DNA of 64,000 bases from Candidatus Woesearchaeota archaeon (GTDB taxonomy: Archaea; Nanobdellota; Nanobdellia; Woesearchaeales; GW2011-AR9): assembly GCA_018696595.1 (NCBI GenBank), contig JABHQW010000001.1, positions 6,223 to 70,222 of the forward strand, written 5' to 3'. The first letter of the stretch is position 1. Every line of letters begins with the position of its first letter. Shown one piece after another: positions 1 through 9,692 of the stretch. Made by a program: the position numbers and the translations under genes. The notes below the pieces were generated by a model. It was not told the DNA's origin. It searched no databases and worked only from the letters and a program-made list of their open reading frames with translations.

Positions 1-1
1 T

Positions 2-247
2 TTATTATTACTAATTTCTAGAGTTTATTATGAAAAGAAGAAAGTTAAACTTCTAAAAGACATCAGATTTAATTTAGATCAGTTAAACATTTATCATGGC
101 ATTAAAACACATAAACAAAAAAAGGGAATGTTCGTTGGATTGTTTGATTTACTGAAAAGAAAAAGAAGGGAAAAGAAAGTTGCTAAAGAGTTCTCTAATG
201 ATGTTGAGGAAGAACCTAAAAAAAAGAGTAAGAAGAAGAAAAAATGA
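2..247 (+). CDS. hypothetical protein, 3' end only (gene begins upstream of the window); Lys-rich C-terminal tail
   Basis: Open frame 2 from the window edge to TGA at 245-247; the stop overlaps the ATG of the next gene (ATGA); no recognisable domain. Confidence 0.3.
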   Translation, partial: LLLLISRVYYEKKKVKLLKDIRFNLDQLNIYHGIKTHKQKKGMFVGLFDLLKRKRREKKVAKEFSNDVEEEPKKKSKKKKK

Positions 248-930
248 AGATTACTGTTAAAAAAAGTGTTTTCAAGAAATATTCTAAATTAAAGATTGCT
301 TTTGTTTTCGTAGAAGGGATTAATAATAGCATGAAACTAGAAGAATCTAAACATTTACTTAAAGAAACTGAACAATTGATTGGATTTACTTTTAACAAAG
401 ATACAGCTAAAACACATCTACTTATTTCTCCTTGGAAAACTGCTCAAGAAGAATTTGGCAAAGAAGCTAAACATTATCAGACTTCTGTAGAAAGGTTGAT
501 TAAGGCGGTTATTAAAGGTAAGACAACTGCCACGGGAAATGTTGTTGGTAATTTATCTAGATACTTAGCTTTGAAACATATTGTTCCTTTCGGTGTTGAT
601 AATTTTGATAAAATCAAAGGAGATTTAAATTTTGATTTAGCAACAGGAAGAGAGAAAGTAGGAGTTTTGAGAAATCTTAAGAAAGGAGCATTGTATTACA
701 AAGATGAAAAAAGAATCTTAGGAACAAAATTAGATTATTGGAAATCAAAAAAAACGGTTTTAGATAAAAAAAGCAAATCTGCTTTGATTCATTTTGAGAT
801 TCTTCCGCCAGTTAATGGTAAGAAATTGGGCGAGTTACTTAAAGAAACTAAAGATTTAGTTAAAACCTTTTGTAATGGTAAAGTTAGTTCTTTTGTATTA
901 GATGAGAATAATAAAGTTAAGAAAATCTAA
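244..930 (+). CDS. B3/4 domain protein (PheT-like tRNA-binding/editing fold), standalone
   Basis: 228 aa; the central segment VERLIKAVIKGK..GNVVGNLSRYLALKHIVPFGVDNFDKIKGDLNFDLATGREK fits the B3_4 domain pattern; ATGA overlap with the upstream gene. Confidence 0.5.
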   Translation: MKITVKKSVFKKYSKLKIAFVFVEGINNSMKLEESKHLLKETEQLIGFTFNKDTAKTHLLISPWKTAQEEFGKEAKHYQTSVERLIKAVIKGKTTATGNVVGNLSRYLALKHIVPFGVDNFDKIKGDLNFDLATGREKVGVLRNLKKGALYYKDEKRILGTKLDYWKSKKTVLDKKSKSALIHFEILPPVNGKKLGELLKETKDLVKTFCNGKVSSFVLDENNKVKKI

Positions 931-967
931 AAAATAAAAAAATAAGTTGGTTTCCCAACTATTTGAT

Positions 968-1345
968 TTACTCTCCTGTCAACAAATCCTTAATCTGGTC
1001 ATAATATTGGATAGCTTCCCCAACAGTTAATGCACCAGAACAAATCATTCCTGGAGCATTTGCTTCGTAAGCAGTTTGGAAAACCCTAACAAGATGTTTA
1101 TTTTGACCAAATCGATCAAGGTATTGTTCAATAACTTCACCCATGCTCATACCAGTTTCCTGCAAGGTTCTCATGTAACTCTTTATGGTCATCAACATAA
1201 ACCCATATTCAGCATCTCTTAGGAACTGTTCTGAACCATCATTTACAACTCCAATTCTAGTTCCAAATCTTTCCATTCCTTCTGGAGGTTCATGGTCCTG
1301 AAATCCTTCTAACCTTTCTTCAAGTTCTGTTATTCTTTCCGTCAT
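968..1345 (-). CDS. hypothetical protein (third gene of the repeated-leader cassette)
   Basis: 125 aa ORF; preceded by the conserved leader AACATACAGGGGGTGAAAAAAA directly before the ATG. Confidence 0.4.
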   Translation of the reverse strand: MTERITELEERLEGFQDHEPPEGMERFGTRIGVVNDGSEQFLRDAEYGFMLMTIKSYMRTLQETGMSMGEVIEQYLDRFGQNKHLVRVFQTAYEANAPGMICSGALTVGEAIQYYDQIKDLLTGE

Positions 1346-1387
1346 TTTTTTTCACCCCCTGTATGTTATATTGCTTTTTTTTATTTC

Positions 1388-2101
1388 TTACAATTTCTCG
1401 TAAGCCTTTGTTAATTCTGCAGCAAGCAATCTTGCAATGTATCCTGGATCTTTTCTCAACTCTCTGCTGATTTCTATCTGTATTGAGTGGTCTTTTTTTC
1501 CAACATGGTATTGTGTTCCAGTAGTCTCTTCCCAAGCAGGAAAGACTTTTCCCATTTTAGCAGTTCTTCCTTTTTCAGATCTCAAGGCATCATCTAAACT
1601 TAATCGCATTTGCCGAGTCATTTCAATGTTGGTTGTAACTCTTCCCTTGCTTCTGGTTCCGTCTTCTTTTACAGCTTCTGGATGAAATGTTGCTCCTTGG
1701 TACTTCTTCCTTTTTTGTCTCCATTTTACTCCAATTCCAAGGTCTACACCCAAATCTCCTCGATCTTCCATTCCATGAATATAAACAACCAAAGCATGTT
1801 CTTTGCCATCATGTTCTTTTACTGAGTACCCTCTCGCTTCTTCTGCAGATTGACTTATATCTGCATAGAATCGTTGCTTTCTTTGATCTGTAGATAAATC
1901 AGATATGTCGTTCAAGTTGCAGGACTTTCTTCTATGTTTTGTGTTCACTACCGCTGCTGAATCCATGATCCTAGCAACTTCTTCTGCAACAAGATCAGTA
2001 AGTTCATCATCACCTGCACCATGTGGAGCAACGATTACAAACTTACTTTCTCCTGTCCTTCTCCAACCGTATTGTGTTTCTGTTCTTTTCATTTTTTTCA
2101 C
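1388..2101 (-). CDS. zinc amidohydrolase of the gamma-PGA hydrolase (PghP) / N-formylglutamate amidohydrolase superfamily
   Basis: 237 aa; APHGAGDDELT resembles the PghP HGGxIExGT zinc motif, with a second His in VVYIHGMED; same conserved leader before the ATG. Confidence 0.4.
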   Translation of the reverse strand: MKKMKRTETQYGWRRTGESKFVIVAPHGAGDDELTDLVAEEVARIMDSAAVVNTKHRRKSCNLNDISDLSTDQRKQRFYADISQSAEEARGYSVKEHDGKEHALVVYIHGMEDRGDLGVDLGIGVKWRQKRKKYQGATFHPEAVKEDGTRSKGRVTTNIEMTRQMRLSLDDALRSEKGRTAKMGKVFPAWEETTGTQYHVGKKDHSIQIEISRELRKDPGYIARLLAAELTKAYEKL

Positions 2102-2160
2102 CCCCTGTATGTTATATTGTTTTTGTGTTGTTTTTAAAAAAATAAAAAATATCTTTGAAG

Positions 2161-3156
2161 TTATTCTTCAAAGATTTCAGTTATGGTCTTTCTATGTCTT
2201 TCTTTGCAATCCATGGCAGCTCTTATTCTTGGTAACCATACTTCTGCAAGTTGTTCTGTTGCTGCTTGAGAAGCATGTAAAGAGTAACCTGAAGTTTCAG
2301 ATCTTGCGTAAACTGTATCTGGAACTCTTCTTGCATCTGCCCATGGACGACCCCATTCCGGATCAATCTCTCCCCGAATTGCAAAAGTTGCTTCACCACT
2401 CTTTCCATGATAGACACTTCTTTTAGAAAGATAGAAGTCGTGTTCTGCTGCAAACTTTTTCAGTTCTTCAACCATTTCTCCATCTGAAAAAGGCATCTTT
2501 AAATCTGCTCTTGCATGACCTATTACTGTTCCTCTTGGAGAAACATAAAAAGCGCCGGTTACTGGCTGGTGCATTAACGACATACTCCCTTCATCATCTT
2601 TTCCTTTAGGTTTTCCATGGCTGTACCAACTCAGATCACTAAAAGCCTTAATTCTTCCATCTATGAGAGCACTTTCAATTGCAGCTAAACCAAGATACTG
2701 GTCTTGAACTACTCTTTCAACAATTGGAATGCCAGTCAAAACTGAATATATTTCACGGCCTCCAATTCTGCAAGGATCGGTGTAATCGCCACCCAGACTA
2801 AAGATAGTTCCCAAGGACCTAGATAATGTGCCATATTGTTCGCCTCTTGTTAAGTCATCTATAATCCCATCAATACTACTGGAATGAACATCTACAACAA
2901 TTTTTCCTGATTGTCTTGCATAAGATTCAAAACCCTCACAACCCGACGCACCAACAAGTTTTGTTTTAGATTTTTGTACCAAACCAATAAGAGCTACTGC
3001 CATCTCATCTCCAAGATCACAACTACAAACACTACCTCCATCGTAGATAGCAACAGGTCTGTCTTCTCTCAATGCAGAGATAAATCCCATCAAAGTTTTG
3101 TGTTTCTCTATTTCTTTTTTTTCCATTTTTTTCACCCCCTTCACACTTTGCTTCAT
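2161..3156 (-). CDS. hypothetical protein (first gene of the repeated-leader cassette)
   Basis: 331 aa ORF; leader GGGGGTGAAAAAAA-ATG; no recognisable motif. Confidence 0.4.
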   Translation of the reverse strand: MKQSVKGVKKMEKKEIEKHKTLMGFISALREDRPVAIYDGGSVCSCDLGDEMAVALIGLVQKSKTKLVGASGCEGFESYARQSGKIVVDVHSSSIDGIIDDLTRGEQYGTLSRSLGTIFSLGGDYTDPCRIGGREIYSVLTGIPIVERVVQDQYLGLAAIESALIDGRIKAFSDLSWYSHGKPKGKDDEGSMSLMHQPVTGAFYVSPRGTVIGHARADLKMPFSDGEMVEELKKFAAEHDFYLSKRSVYHGKSGEATFAIRGEIDPEWGRPWADARRVPDTVYARSETSGYSLHASQAATEQLAEVWLPRIRAAMDCKERHRKTITEIFEE

Positions 3157-3265
3157 TGCGTCGTGCTTATTTATTACATTTTAGTAGTGACACAATAGTT
3201 ATTTAAAACTTTGTTGTAAGGAAACTGACGAAAGATTTAAATAAGAACAAAGTCTAAAATTAAAT

Positions 3266-3799
3266 ATGGCAACTAAAAAGAAAGATGACGGACATTTTTT
3301 TAACCATTCAAAGATATTAGAATTTAACATGAATGTGGATGCACAATTGATTACAAAATCTAATTTCATTTTTGGTGCAAGTACCTTAGTTTTGATGTTT
3401 GTTTTATACCAAGTATTTGCTGAAAAGTTAATATTAGATGGTTTGGCCAATAAATTACCTTGGTTAATATTAATTATTGGAAGTTTTACTGCTGCCTTGT
3501 TGTCAATGATGGTAATTATGCCAAAGATTTTTTTATTTTCTAAAAAAAAGAGAGTTAAAGAAGACATATTTTATTATAAGAATATCAACAAATTTTATTC
3601 TCGTGAGAAATATGCTGATTACCTCTATGATTTACCGCGTAATGAAAGAAAAGTTTCCGATGCATATGCACACCAAATTTATTCATTAGCTAACACGATC
3701 CTTCCGTTTAAATTTAAGATGATAAAAATATCTGGTTGGATGTTAACATTCTCAATCCTGTTAAGTATATTAACATACTTTGCAATGAGTTTATTTTAA
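3266..3799 (+). CDS. small membrane protein (2-4 TM helices)
   Basis: 177 aa; hydrophobic segments FIFGASTLVLMFVLYQVF, LPWLILIIGSFTAALLSMMVIM and C-terminal WMLTFSILLSILTYFAMSLF; BRE/TATA CGAAAGATTTAAATAA about 25 nt upstream. Confidence 0.4.
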   Translation: MATKKKDDGHFFNHSKILEFNMNVDAQLITKSNFIFGASTLVLMFVLYQVFAEKLILDGLANKLPWLILIIGSFTAALLSMMVIMPKIFLFSKKKRVKEDIFYYKNINKFYSREKYADYLYDLPRNERKVSDAYAHQIYSLANTILPFKFKMIKISGWMLTFSILLSILTYFAMSLF

Positions 3800-3813
3800 C
3801 TAGGAATATTCCA

Positions 3814-4530
3814 ATGTACGAAGCAGAGCTTAAAGAACTGGGACTAACTGAAAACGAGATTAAAGTATATCTTATTCTCCTAGAAAATGGCATTCTTAAT
3901 CCCAGTCATATTGCTCAAAAAACAGGGTTACACCGATCTTATGTTTATGATACCTTAGAAAGGTTGATTGATCGAGGAATAATTAATACTGTTTTAGTAA
4001 ATAATAAAAAACATTATCAGCCAGTAGACCCAAAAGCATTAAGACAATCATTCGAGTTAAAGTTAATGAAGATTGATGAAATTTTGCCTAAATTATCTGG
4101 ATTGTTTAAATCTACTCAAGAAGAAACAAAAGTTGAATTACATAAAGGAAAACGAGTTTACAGAACATTGATCAAAGATTTAACTGCTAACCTAAAGAAA
4201 AATGATGTTGTGTATTTGTTAGGGGCAGATGAAAAAATCTTAGAAACAGTTGAACCCATCTACTTAAAACAATATTTGACAATAATTAAGAACAAGAATG
4301 TTAAAGAAAGAATTATTGTTCGGAAAGGTACTAAAAAATTAAAAGAAAAGAATATTGAATACAAAGAACTAGATAAACAATATTTTGATGAAACTACAAT
4401 TGTAATCCATCAGAACAAAACTTACATTTTTATTTGGGGTAACCCTTATCATTTAATTGTGATTGAAAACAAAAAAGTAGCTAGTACTTATCTTAAACAA
4501 TTTGATTTATTATGGGATATTGCAAAATGA
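3814..4530 (+). CDS. TrmB-family HTH transcriptional regulator
   Basis: N-terminal LTENEIKVYLILLENGILNPSHIAQKTGLHRSYVYDTLERLIDRGII is a TrmB-type winged helix; start chosen at ATG 3814, overlapping the preceding membrane-protein gene. Confidence 0.6.
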   Translation: MYEAELKELGLTENEIKVYLILLENGILNPSHIAQKTGLHRSYVYDTLERLIDRGIINTVLVNNKKHYQPVDPKALRQSFELKLMKIDEILPKLSGLFKSTQEETKVELHKGKRVYRTLIKDLTANLKKNDVVYLLGADEKILETVEPIYLKQYLTIIKNKNVKERIIVRKGTKKLKEKNIEYKELDKQYFDETTIVIHQNKTYIFIWGNPYHLIVIENKKVASTYLKQFDLLWDIAK

Positions 4531-4584
4531 ATCTTAAAAACAGTTAGAGTTTAAAGATTATATTGTAAGAATGATGAAGTAAGA

Positions 4585-5208
4585 TTAGAATTCAAGGAAT
4601 TCTAGCACTTTGTTAACATCTTTCTTATCAATTACAAATAATGTATCTGTCCAAGAAGATAAAAATTCTAAAATGTTAACTCCATTCTCAGCAAATAAAG
4701 AAGTTAAGTAAGCAATAATCCCGGGAATGTTCTCAATATCTTTACCACTTTTAATGTTAATCAATGCTAAATCTTTTGTGGACTTGATTATAAAACCCTT
4801 AAGTTTCTTTTCTAATTGGCTTGCATTCTTTTCTTGAGTTATTACGGTATAACTTGTAGAACCTTCTAAAACAGAAAATAATCCCGCTTCACTTTGAATC
4901 TTTTGAAATAATTCTTGATTGATACTCTTTTTAACGATAAAAACAACAATCTTATTTTTTATTTCAATCTCAGAATTATGTAACAATTCTTTGATCTTCT
5001 TCTCATAAACTTTCTCTTTACTTAACTTATCTTGAAATCTTCGTGCTGCAACAAGTATTGCTTCAATAGAAGTTTTCTTTTCAATCTTAAGCTCTTTAGA
5101 TATTTGTCTTGCTAATGAAGAATAGTTAATCAAACCTTGCTTTAAGCAGCTTTTGATGTTTGGATGGCTCTTAATATATTCAATAGTAAGTTCTGCAGTT
5201 GTTTTCAT
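4585..5208 (-). CDS. ACT-domain protein, predicted regulator of amino acid metabolism
   Basis: 207 aa; N-terminal HTH-like region plus C-terminal ACT-like beta-alpha-beta-beta-alpha-beta pattern (GLFSVLEGS ... GIIAYLTSLFAENGVNI). Confidence 0.35.
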   Translation of the reverse strand: MKTTAELTIEYIKSHPNIKSCLKQGLINYSSLARQISKELKIEKKTSIEAILVAARRFQDKLSKEKVYEKKIKELLHNSEIEIKNKIVVFIVKKSINQELFQKIQSEAGLFSVLEGSTSYTVITQEKNASQLEKKLKGFIIKSTKDLALINIKSGKDIENIPGIIAYLTSLFAENGVNILEFLSSWTDTLFVIDKKDVNKVLEFLEF

Positions 5209-5465
5209 TAATATAAGAAATGATGTCCAACTTTATAAATTTAACTTAAATGTTTTAAATAAAACACATTTGTTTAACTTTGTTTTATGTAGGTCGTCAG
5301 ATATATATTTTAGTTCAATTATCAACTTTAATATGATAGAGAACAAAATGAAAACAACAAAACAACATTTTGAACCAGTACGAATTATTTCTATAATTAG
5401 GAGACAATAGATTCAGTCATCCGTTTTTACAATATTTATACAAAAACATTTGGAGGTACAAGAAA

Positions 5466-6233
5466 ATGTTACAATTCACATTCCCAGAATATAAAAAAAA
5501 TGAAAAGATTATTATTGAAGCAGGACACATTTACACTAACCAAGAAGTAAATCCGAAGCATGAATTAGGGGCAAAAGTTGGTGCTTTATTAGGAAATTTT
5601 CTCATGGGTTTAGGTTACGAAACAGAAAACTGGCTCTTTGTTGATGATTATAATCCTCAATTTGAAGAATGGCCACAAGAATTAGATTTAAATGAATATC
5701 AAAAAAAACTTACGGGATGGGGATTCTCTCCAGATCTAACAAAATTTGAAAAAGATTTAGTGGGACTGGCCCAAGAAAAGCTGGAAGAATTACTAAAAAC
5801 AGGGGTTGCTGGTGAAAAGAAGAAAGGAGGAAGAATTGTTATTTATGGCAGTTCGGCACAACTTTATGACCCCAATGAGAACAAATATTCTTGTGCCCTA
5901 CTAGATGCCTGTTTGTATCTGCAAAAGTTAGAGCAAGGAGACTTTACTTTAACCATCTTACCTTGTTTTGACCAATATGGTAATTTGTACTATTCTCAAC
6001 AGCAAAAAACTTTCCAGATCCTTTCCCATTTGGATGTTGATCCAACAAAGATATTACCAATTTACTTTTTTAGTCCAGGGGAAGAACCATCACAGAAAAA
6101 GAAAGTTAAATTATCCTCTAAAGAAGGACACTTGGCAGACTTAGTAACAATGCTAAAAACAATTGGAAAAGTTACGTCAGAAACCCCATTAGAAACTGGT
6201 TTAGATTTAGGAGTGATGCAATATGTCACTTAA
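5466..6233 (+). CDS. hypothetical protein, translationally coupled to aspartate racemase
   Basis: 255 aa ORF; 11-nt overlap with the downstream racemase gene. Confidence 0.35.
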   Translation: MLQFTFPEYKKNEKIIIEAGHIYTNQEVNPKHELGAKVGALLGNFLMGLGYETENWLFVDDYNPQFEEWPQELDLNEYQKKLTGWGFSPDLTKFEKDLVGLAQEKLEELLKTGVAGEKKKGGRIVIYGSSAQLYDPNENKYSCALLDACLYLQKLEQGDFTLTILPCFDQYGNLYYSQQQKTFQILSHLDVDPTKILPIYFFSPGEEPSQKKKVKLSSKEGHLADLVTMLKTIGKVTSETPLETGLDLGVMQYVT

Positions 6234-6912
6234 GAAAATAGGCATATTGGGAGGAATGGGCCCGGAAGCATCAGCTCAGTTTTACCAAAAAATGATTACT
6301 ATTTCACAAAAGAAATATAATGCAGTACAAGACACAGATTATCCGCCGATGGTTATTTATTCATTACCTTTAGTAGGATTTAATGAATCTGGGATTGTTG
6401 ATCAAGAATTGGTATTAAAACAATTACATCAGGGAATTAAACTATTAAATAATTCTGGCTGCGACTTCATTATTATGGTTTGTAATACCATTCACACTTT
6501 CATTGATGAATTGCAAGGAAGATCTAAAGCGCCCATTTTAAGTATTGTTGAGGGAGTAGTAAAGAAAGTAAAAGAGAATAAAATAAAATCAGTTGGATTA
6601 TTAGCATCAGAAACAACTTTTTCTTCAATGATTTATGATTCAATTTTAAACAAAAACAAGATCCATTATAGTCTACCAGATAGTAAAGGGAAAAAAGAGA
6701 TCACAAAATTAATTTTCAAGATAATGGGTGGGGAAGAATTAATGAAGAGTAAAAATAAAGTAATAGAGATAGCTAAAGAGATGAAATGCCAGGCTGTAAT
6801 CTTAGGGTGTACTGAACTGCCTTTAGCGATTAACCAAAATGATTTGAAGATGAAAGTATATGATTCAATGGAAATCTTAGCAGAATCTGCTCTAGAATAT
6901 AGTCATGGTTAA
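6223..6912 (+). CDS. aspartate racemase (Asp/Glu/hydantoin racemase family)
   Basis: IGILGGMGPEAS N-terminal motif, CNTIH and GCTELP catalytic-Cys motifs. Confidence 0.75.
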   Translation: MSLKKIGILGGMGPEASAQFYQKMITISQKKYNAVQDTDYPPMVIYSLPLVGFNESGIVDQELVLKQLHQGIKLLNNSGCDFIIMVCNTIHTFIDELQGRSKAPILSIVEGVVKKVKENKIKSVGLLASETTFSSMIYDSILNKNKIHYSLPDSKGKKEITKLIFKIMGGEELMKSKNKVIEIAKEMKCQAVILGCTELPLAINQNDLKMKVYDSMEILAESALEYSHG

Positions 6913-8629
6913 GAAAACTTTAATAAACTCTTTAGATTTATCGGTTAATATGGACTTCAAAGCAGAAATAATCAAACTTTTAACGAAAGAAACTAAGCTA
7001 AAAGATGCAGATTTAAACAATCTAATTTCTATCCCACCAGATCCAAAACTGGGAGATTATGCCTTCCCTTGTTTCAAGTTAGGAAGCAATCCAAAAAATG
7101 CTGCTGAAACGTTGAAAAAGAAATTAAAGTTGCCAAAATTCTTATCAGGAGTACAAGTTGTTGGGCCTTATTTGAATTTCTATGTTAAAAGTGAAGTGAT
7201 CACAAAGGAAGTTTTAACCAAGGTTTTTAAAGAGAAAAAAGATTATGGAAAACAGGAATTAGGAGAAGGAAAGAAAATAGTAATAGACTTTTCTGCCCCA
7301 AATATTGCTAAACCATTTGGCATTGGCCATTTAAGAAGCACAGTGATTGGACATTCGTTATACAAAGTTTACAACACCCTAGGATACAAATCTATTGGAA
7401 TAAATCATTTAGGAGATTGGGGCACACAATTTGGAAAACTAATTGTTGCTTATAAAAAATGGGGTAAAGAAAAAGAGTTAGGAAAAGATCCAATTAAATA
7501 TTTATTAAAATTGTATGTTCAGTTTCATGAAGAAGCAGAAAAAGATGATAAATTAGATGACCAAGCCCGAGAAGCATTTAAAAAACTTGAAGATGGAAAT
7601 AAAGAATATTTACAGTTATGGGAACATTTTAGAGAATTAAGTTTGAAAGAATTCCAAAGAATTTATCAAATCTTAGATGTTAAGTTTGACTCTTATCATG
7701 GAGAAGCATTCTACAATAATATATTAGATAAAACAATCAAAGAATTACAACAGAAAATTAAAACAAAAATGTCTGACGGGGCATTAATTGTAGACTTAGA
7801 AGAATTTAATATGTCTCCGGTGATGTTAAAGAAATCCAATGGGGCAACAACGTACCATACAAGAGATATTGCTGCAGCCAATTACAGATTAAAAAAATAT
7901 AATCCTAATCGGTTTCTTTATGTTGTAGGATCAGAACAAAAATTACATTTCAGACAACTGTTTAAAGTTTTAGAGTTAGCCGGTGAAGATAAAGAAAAAT
8001 TCACCCACGCAGATTTTGGCCTATTCAGATTCCCTGAAGGGAAAATGTCCACTAGAAAAGGAAAAGTTATTTTCTTAGAAGATGTTTTGGATAAAGCAAT
8101 TAAATTAGCTAGTGAAATAATTGAAAAGAAAAATCCAGATTTAAAAAATAAGAAAAAAGTTGCAATTCAAGTTGGTGTAGGAGCAATTATCTTTGCAGAC
8201 TTAAGTAATGACAGAACAAGAAACATTGATTTTGATTGGGACAGAATGTTAAGTTTTGATGGAGAAACAGGACCATACCTCCAATACACCCATGCAAGAG
8301 CAAGTTCAATCTTAAGAAAAGCCAATAGTAAAGTGTCATCAAAGATAAACTTCTCACTATTGAGTTTAGATGAAGAAAAAGCAGTAATCAGATTACTTTA
8401 TGATTTCCCAGAAAGAATTGTTAAAGCTGCTGAAACATATAAACCGCATCACATTGCGAATCATTTGATTTCTCTAGCACAAGCATTTAACGAGTTCTAC
8501 CACAAATGCCCAGTTATTAGCGAGAGAGACGAACAGATGAACGCTCGTTTGTTATTAGTAGATTCTGTTAGACAAGTTCTTGAGAACGGATTAAGATTGT
8601 TAGGAATTAAAGCCCCGGATGAGATGTAA
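6905..8629 (+). CDS. argS: arginine--tRNA ligase
   Basis: 574 aa class I aaRS; PNIAKPFGIGHLRS (HIGH-like) and C-terminal DALR-type anticodon-binding region. Confidence 0.85.
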   Translation: MVKKTLINSLDLSVNMDFKAEIIKLLTKETKLKDADLNNLISIPPDPKLGDYAFPCFKLGSNPKNAAETLKKKLKLPKFLSGVQVVGPYLNFYVKSEVITKEVLTKVFKEKKDYGKQELGEGKKIVIDFSAPNIAKPFGIGHLRSTVIGHSLYKVYNTLGYKSIGINHLGDWGTQFGKLIVAYKKWGKEKELGKDPIKYLLKLYVQFHEEAEKDDKLDDQAREAFKKLEDGNKEYLQLWEHFRELSLKEFQRIYQILDVKFDSYHGEAFYNNILDKTIKELQQKIKTKMSDGALIVDLEEFNMSPVMLKKSNGATTYHTRDIAAANYRLKKYNPNRFLYVVGSEQKLHFRQLFKVLELAGEDKEKFTHADFGLFRFPEGKMSTRKGKVIFLEDVLDKAIKLASEIIEKKNPDLKNKKKVAIQVGVGAIIFADLSNDRTRNIDFDWDRMLSFDGETGPYLQYTHARASSILRKANSKVSSKINFSLLSLDEEKAVIRLLYDFPERIVKAAETYKPHHIANHLISLAQAFNEFYHKCPVISERDEQMNARLLLVDSVRQVLENGLRLLGIKAPDEM

Positions 8630-8705
8630 GAATAGTTACCTATTTTCTCTCAATTTGCATTTTTCCACCCCAAAAGTTAAATAATCCAAAGTATTTCCCA
8701 TTAAC

Positions 8706-9692
8706 ATGCCCACTAATTCTAGTCTCGATGCAAAAGATAAAGCTATTTTGTACTGCCTTGACCAAGATGCGAGACAAGCAAATTCAATCATCGCCAAAAA
8801 AACAAGATTATCAAAAGAAGTTGTCAATTACAGAATCAAACGATTGGTAGATCAAAAAATTATCAGAAGTTTTTACGCCATCATTGACAATTCTAAATTA
8901 GGTTATATGGTCTTCCGAGTTTTCGTCAGATTCCAAGATGTGGACATTGATAAAGAAAAAGAAATTCTTCGTTTTCTTAGAAACTTAAAATCCGTGGGGT
9001 GGGTTATTCTTTTAGAAGAAACGTACGATTTGGCAATTTTAATCTGGGCCAAGAACGTTTATGAATTCAAAGAAATATTTGACCAAATTTTAGAGAAGCA
9101 CGGCAGTTATTTCCAAGATTCTTTCGTTACTATCATTACTCAAATTCACCATTACATGAACAATTATATTTATGACCAGAATGATCTTTTAGAAAGAGTT
9201 ATTGGTGGTAAAACTAAAACAGTTTCTTTAGATGAAATTGATATGCAAATATTATGGTTCCTTTCCAAGAATGCTAGAGAACCATTATTGAACATGGCTA
9301 ACAAACTTGACGTTGCTCCGAACACAGTCAAACAAAGAATAAAAAACTTAAAAGAGAAAAAAGTCATTGTTGGTTTCAGACCAAAAATTGACACAGGTCA
9401 ATTAGGTTACCACAATTATAAAATATTTTTAAAATTGGCAGACGTTAATCCTAGAGTAAGATTGAAATTAAAAGAATATCTTAAACTGAACAGAAACGTA
9501 ACTTACGTAACGGAAGCTATTGGCAGATCGGATTTAGAATTTGAAGTTCAAGTTAGAAGCAGTAGAGAATTAAGAAAAAACCTTAAAGAGTTAAGAAGGA
9601 ATTTTGGACAATTGATTAGACATTACAGAACAGTTGTTGTTAACAAAGAATATGTAGTGGATTATTTTCCCGAAATAAAGAAAATCAAATAA
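8706..9692 (+). CDS. tandem Lrp/AsnC-like transcriptional regulator
   Basis: Two HTH+RAM-like halves (DAKDKAILYCLDQDARQANSIIAKKTRLSKEVV.. and DEIDMQILWFLSKNAREPLLNMANKLDVAPNTV..). Confidence 0.5.
   Translation: MPTNSSLDAKDKAILYCLDQDARQANSIIAKKTRLSKEVVNYRIKRLVDQKIIRSFYAIIDNSKLGYMVFRVFVRFQDVDIDKEKEILRFLRNLKSVGWVILLEETYDLAILIWAKNVYEFKEIFDQILEKHGSYFQDSFVTIITQIHHYMNNYIYDQNDLLERVIGGKTKTVSLDEIDMQILWFLSKNAREPLLNMANKLDVAPNTVKQRIKNLKEKKVIVGFRPKIDTGQLGYHNYKIFLKLADVNPRVRLKLKEYLKLNRNVTYVTEAIGRSDLEFEVQVRSSRELRKNLKELRRNFGQLIRHYRTVVVNKEYVVDYFPEIKKIK

Noticed and set aside
960-3160. Foreign island called on the basis of elevated GC
   Set aside because: Local GC (about 42%) is similar to other well-expressed genes in the window (tuf about 45%). 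Only the repeated leader, not composition, supports a cassette.
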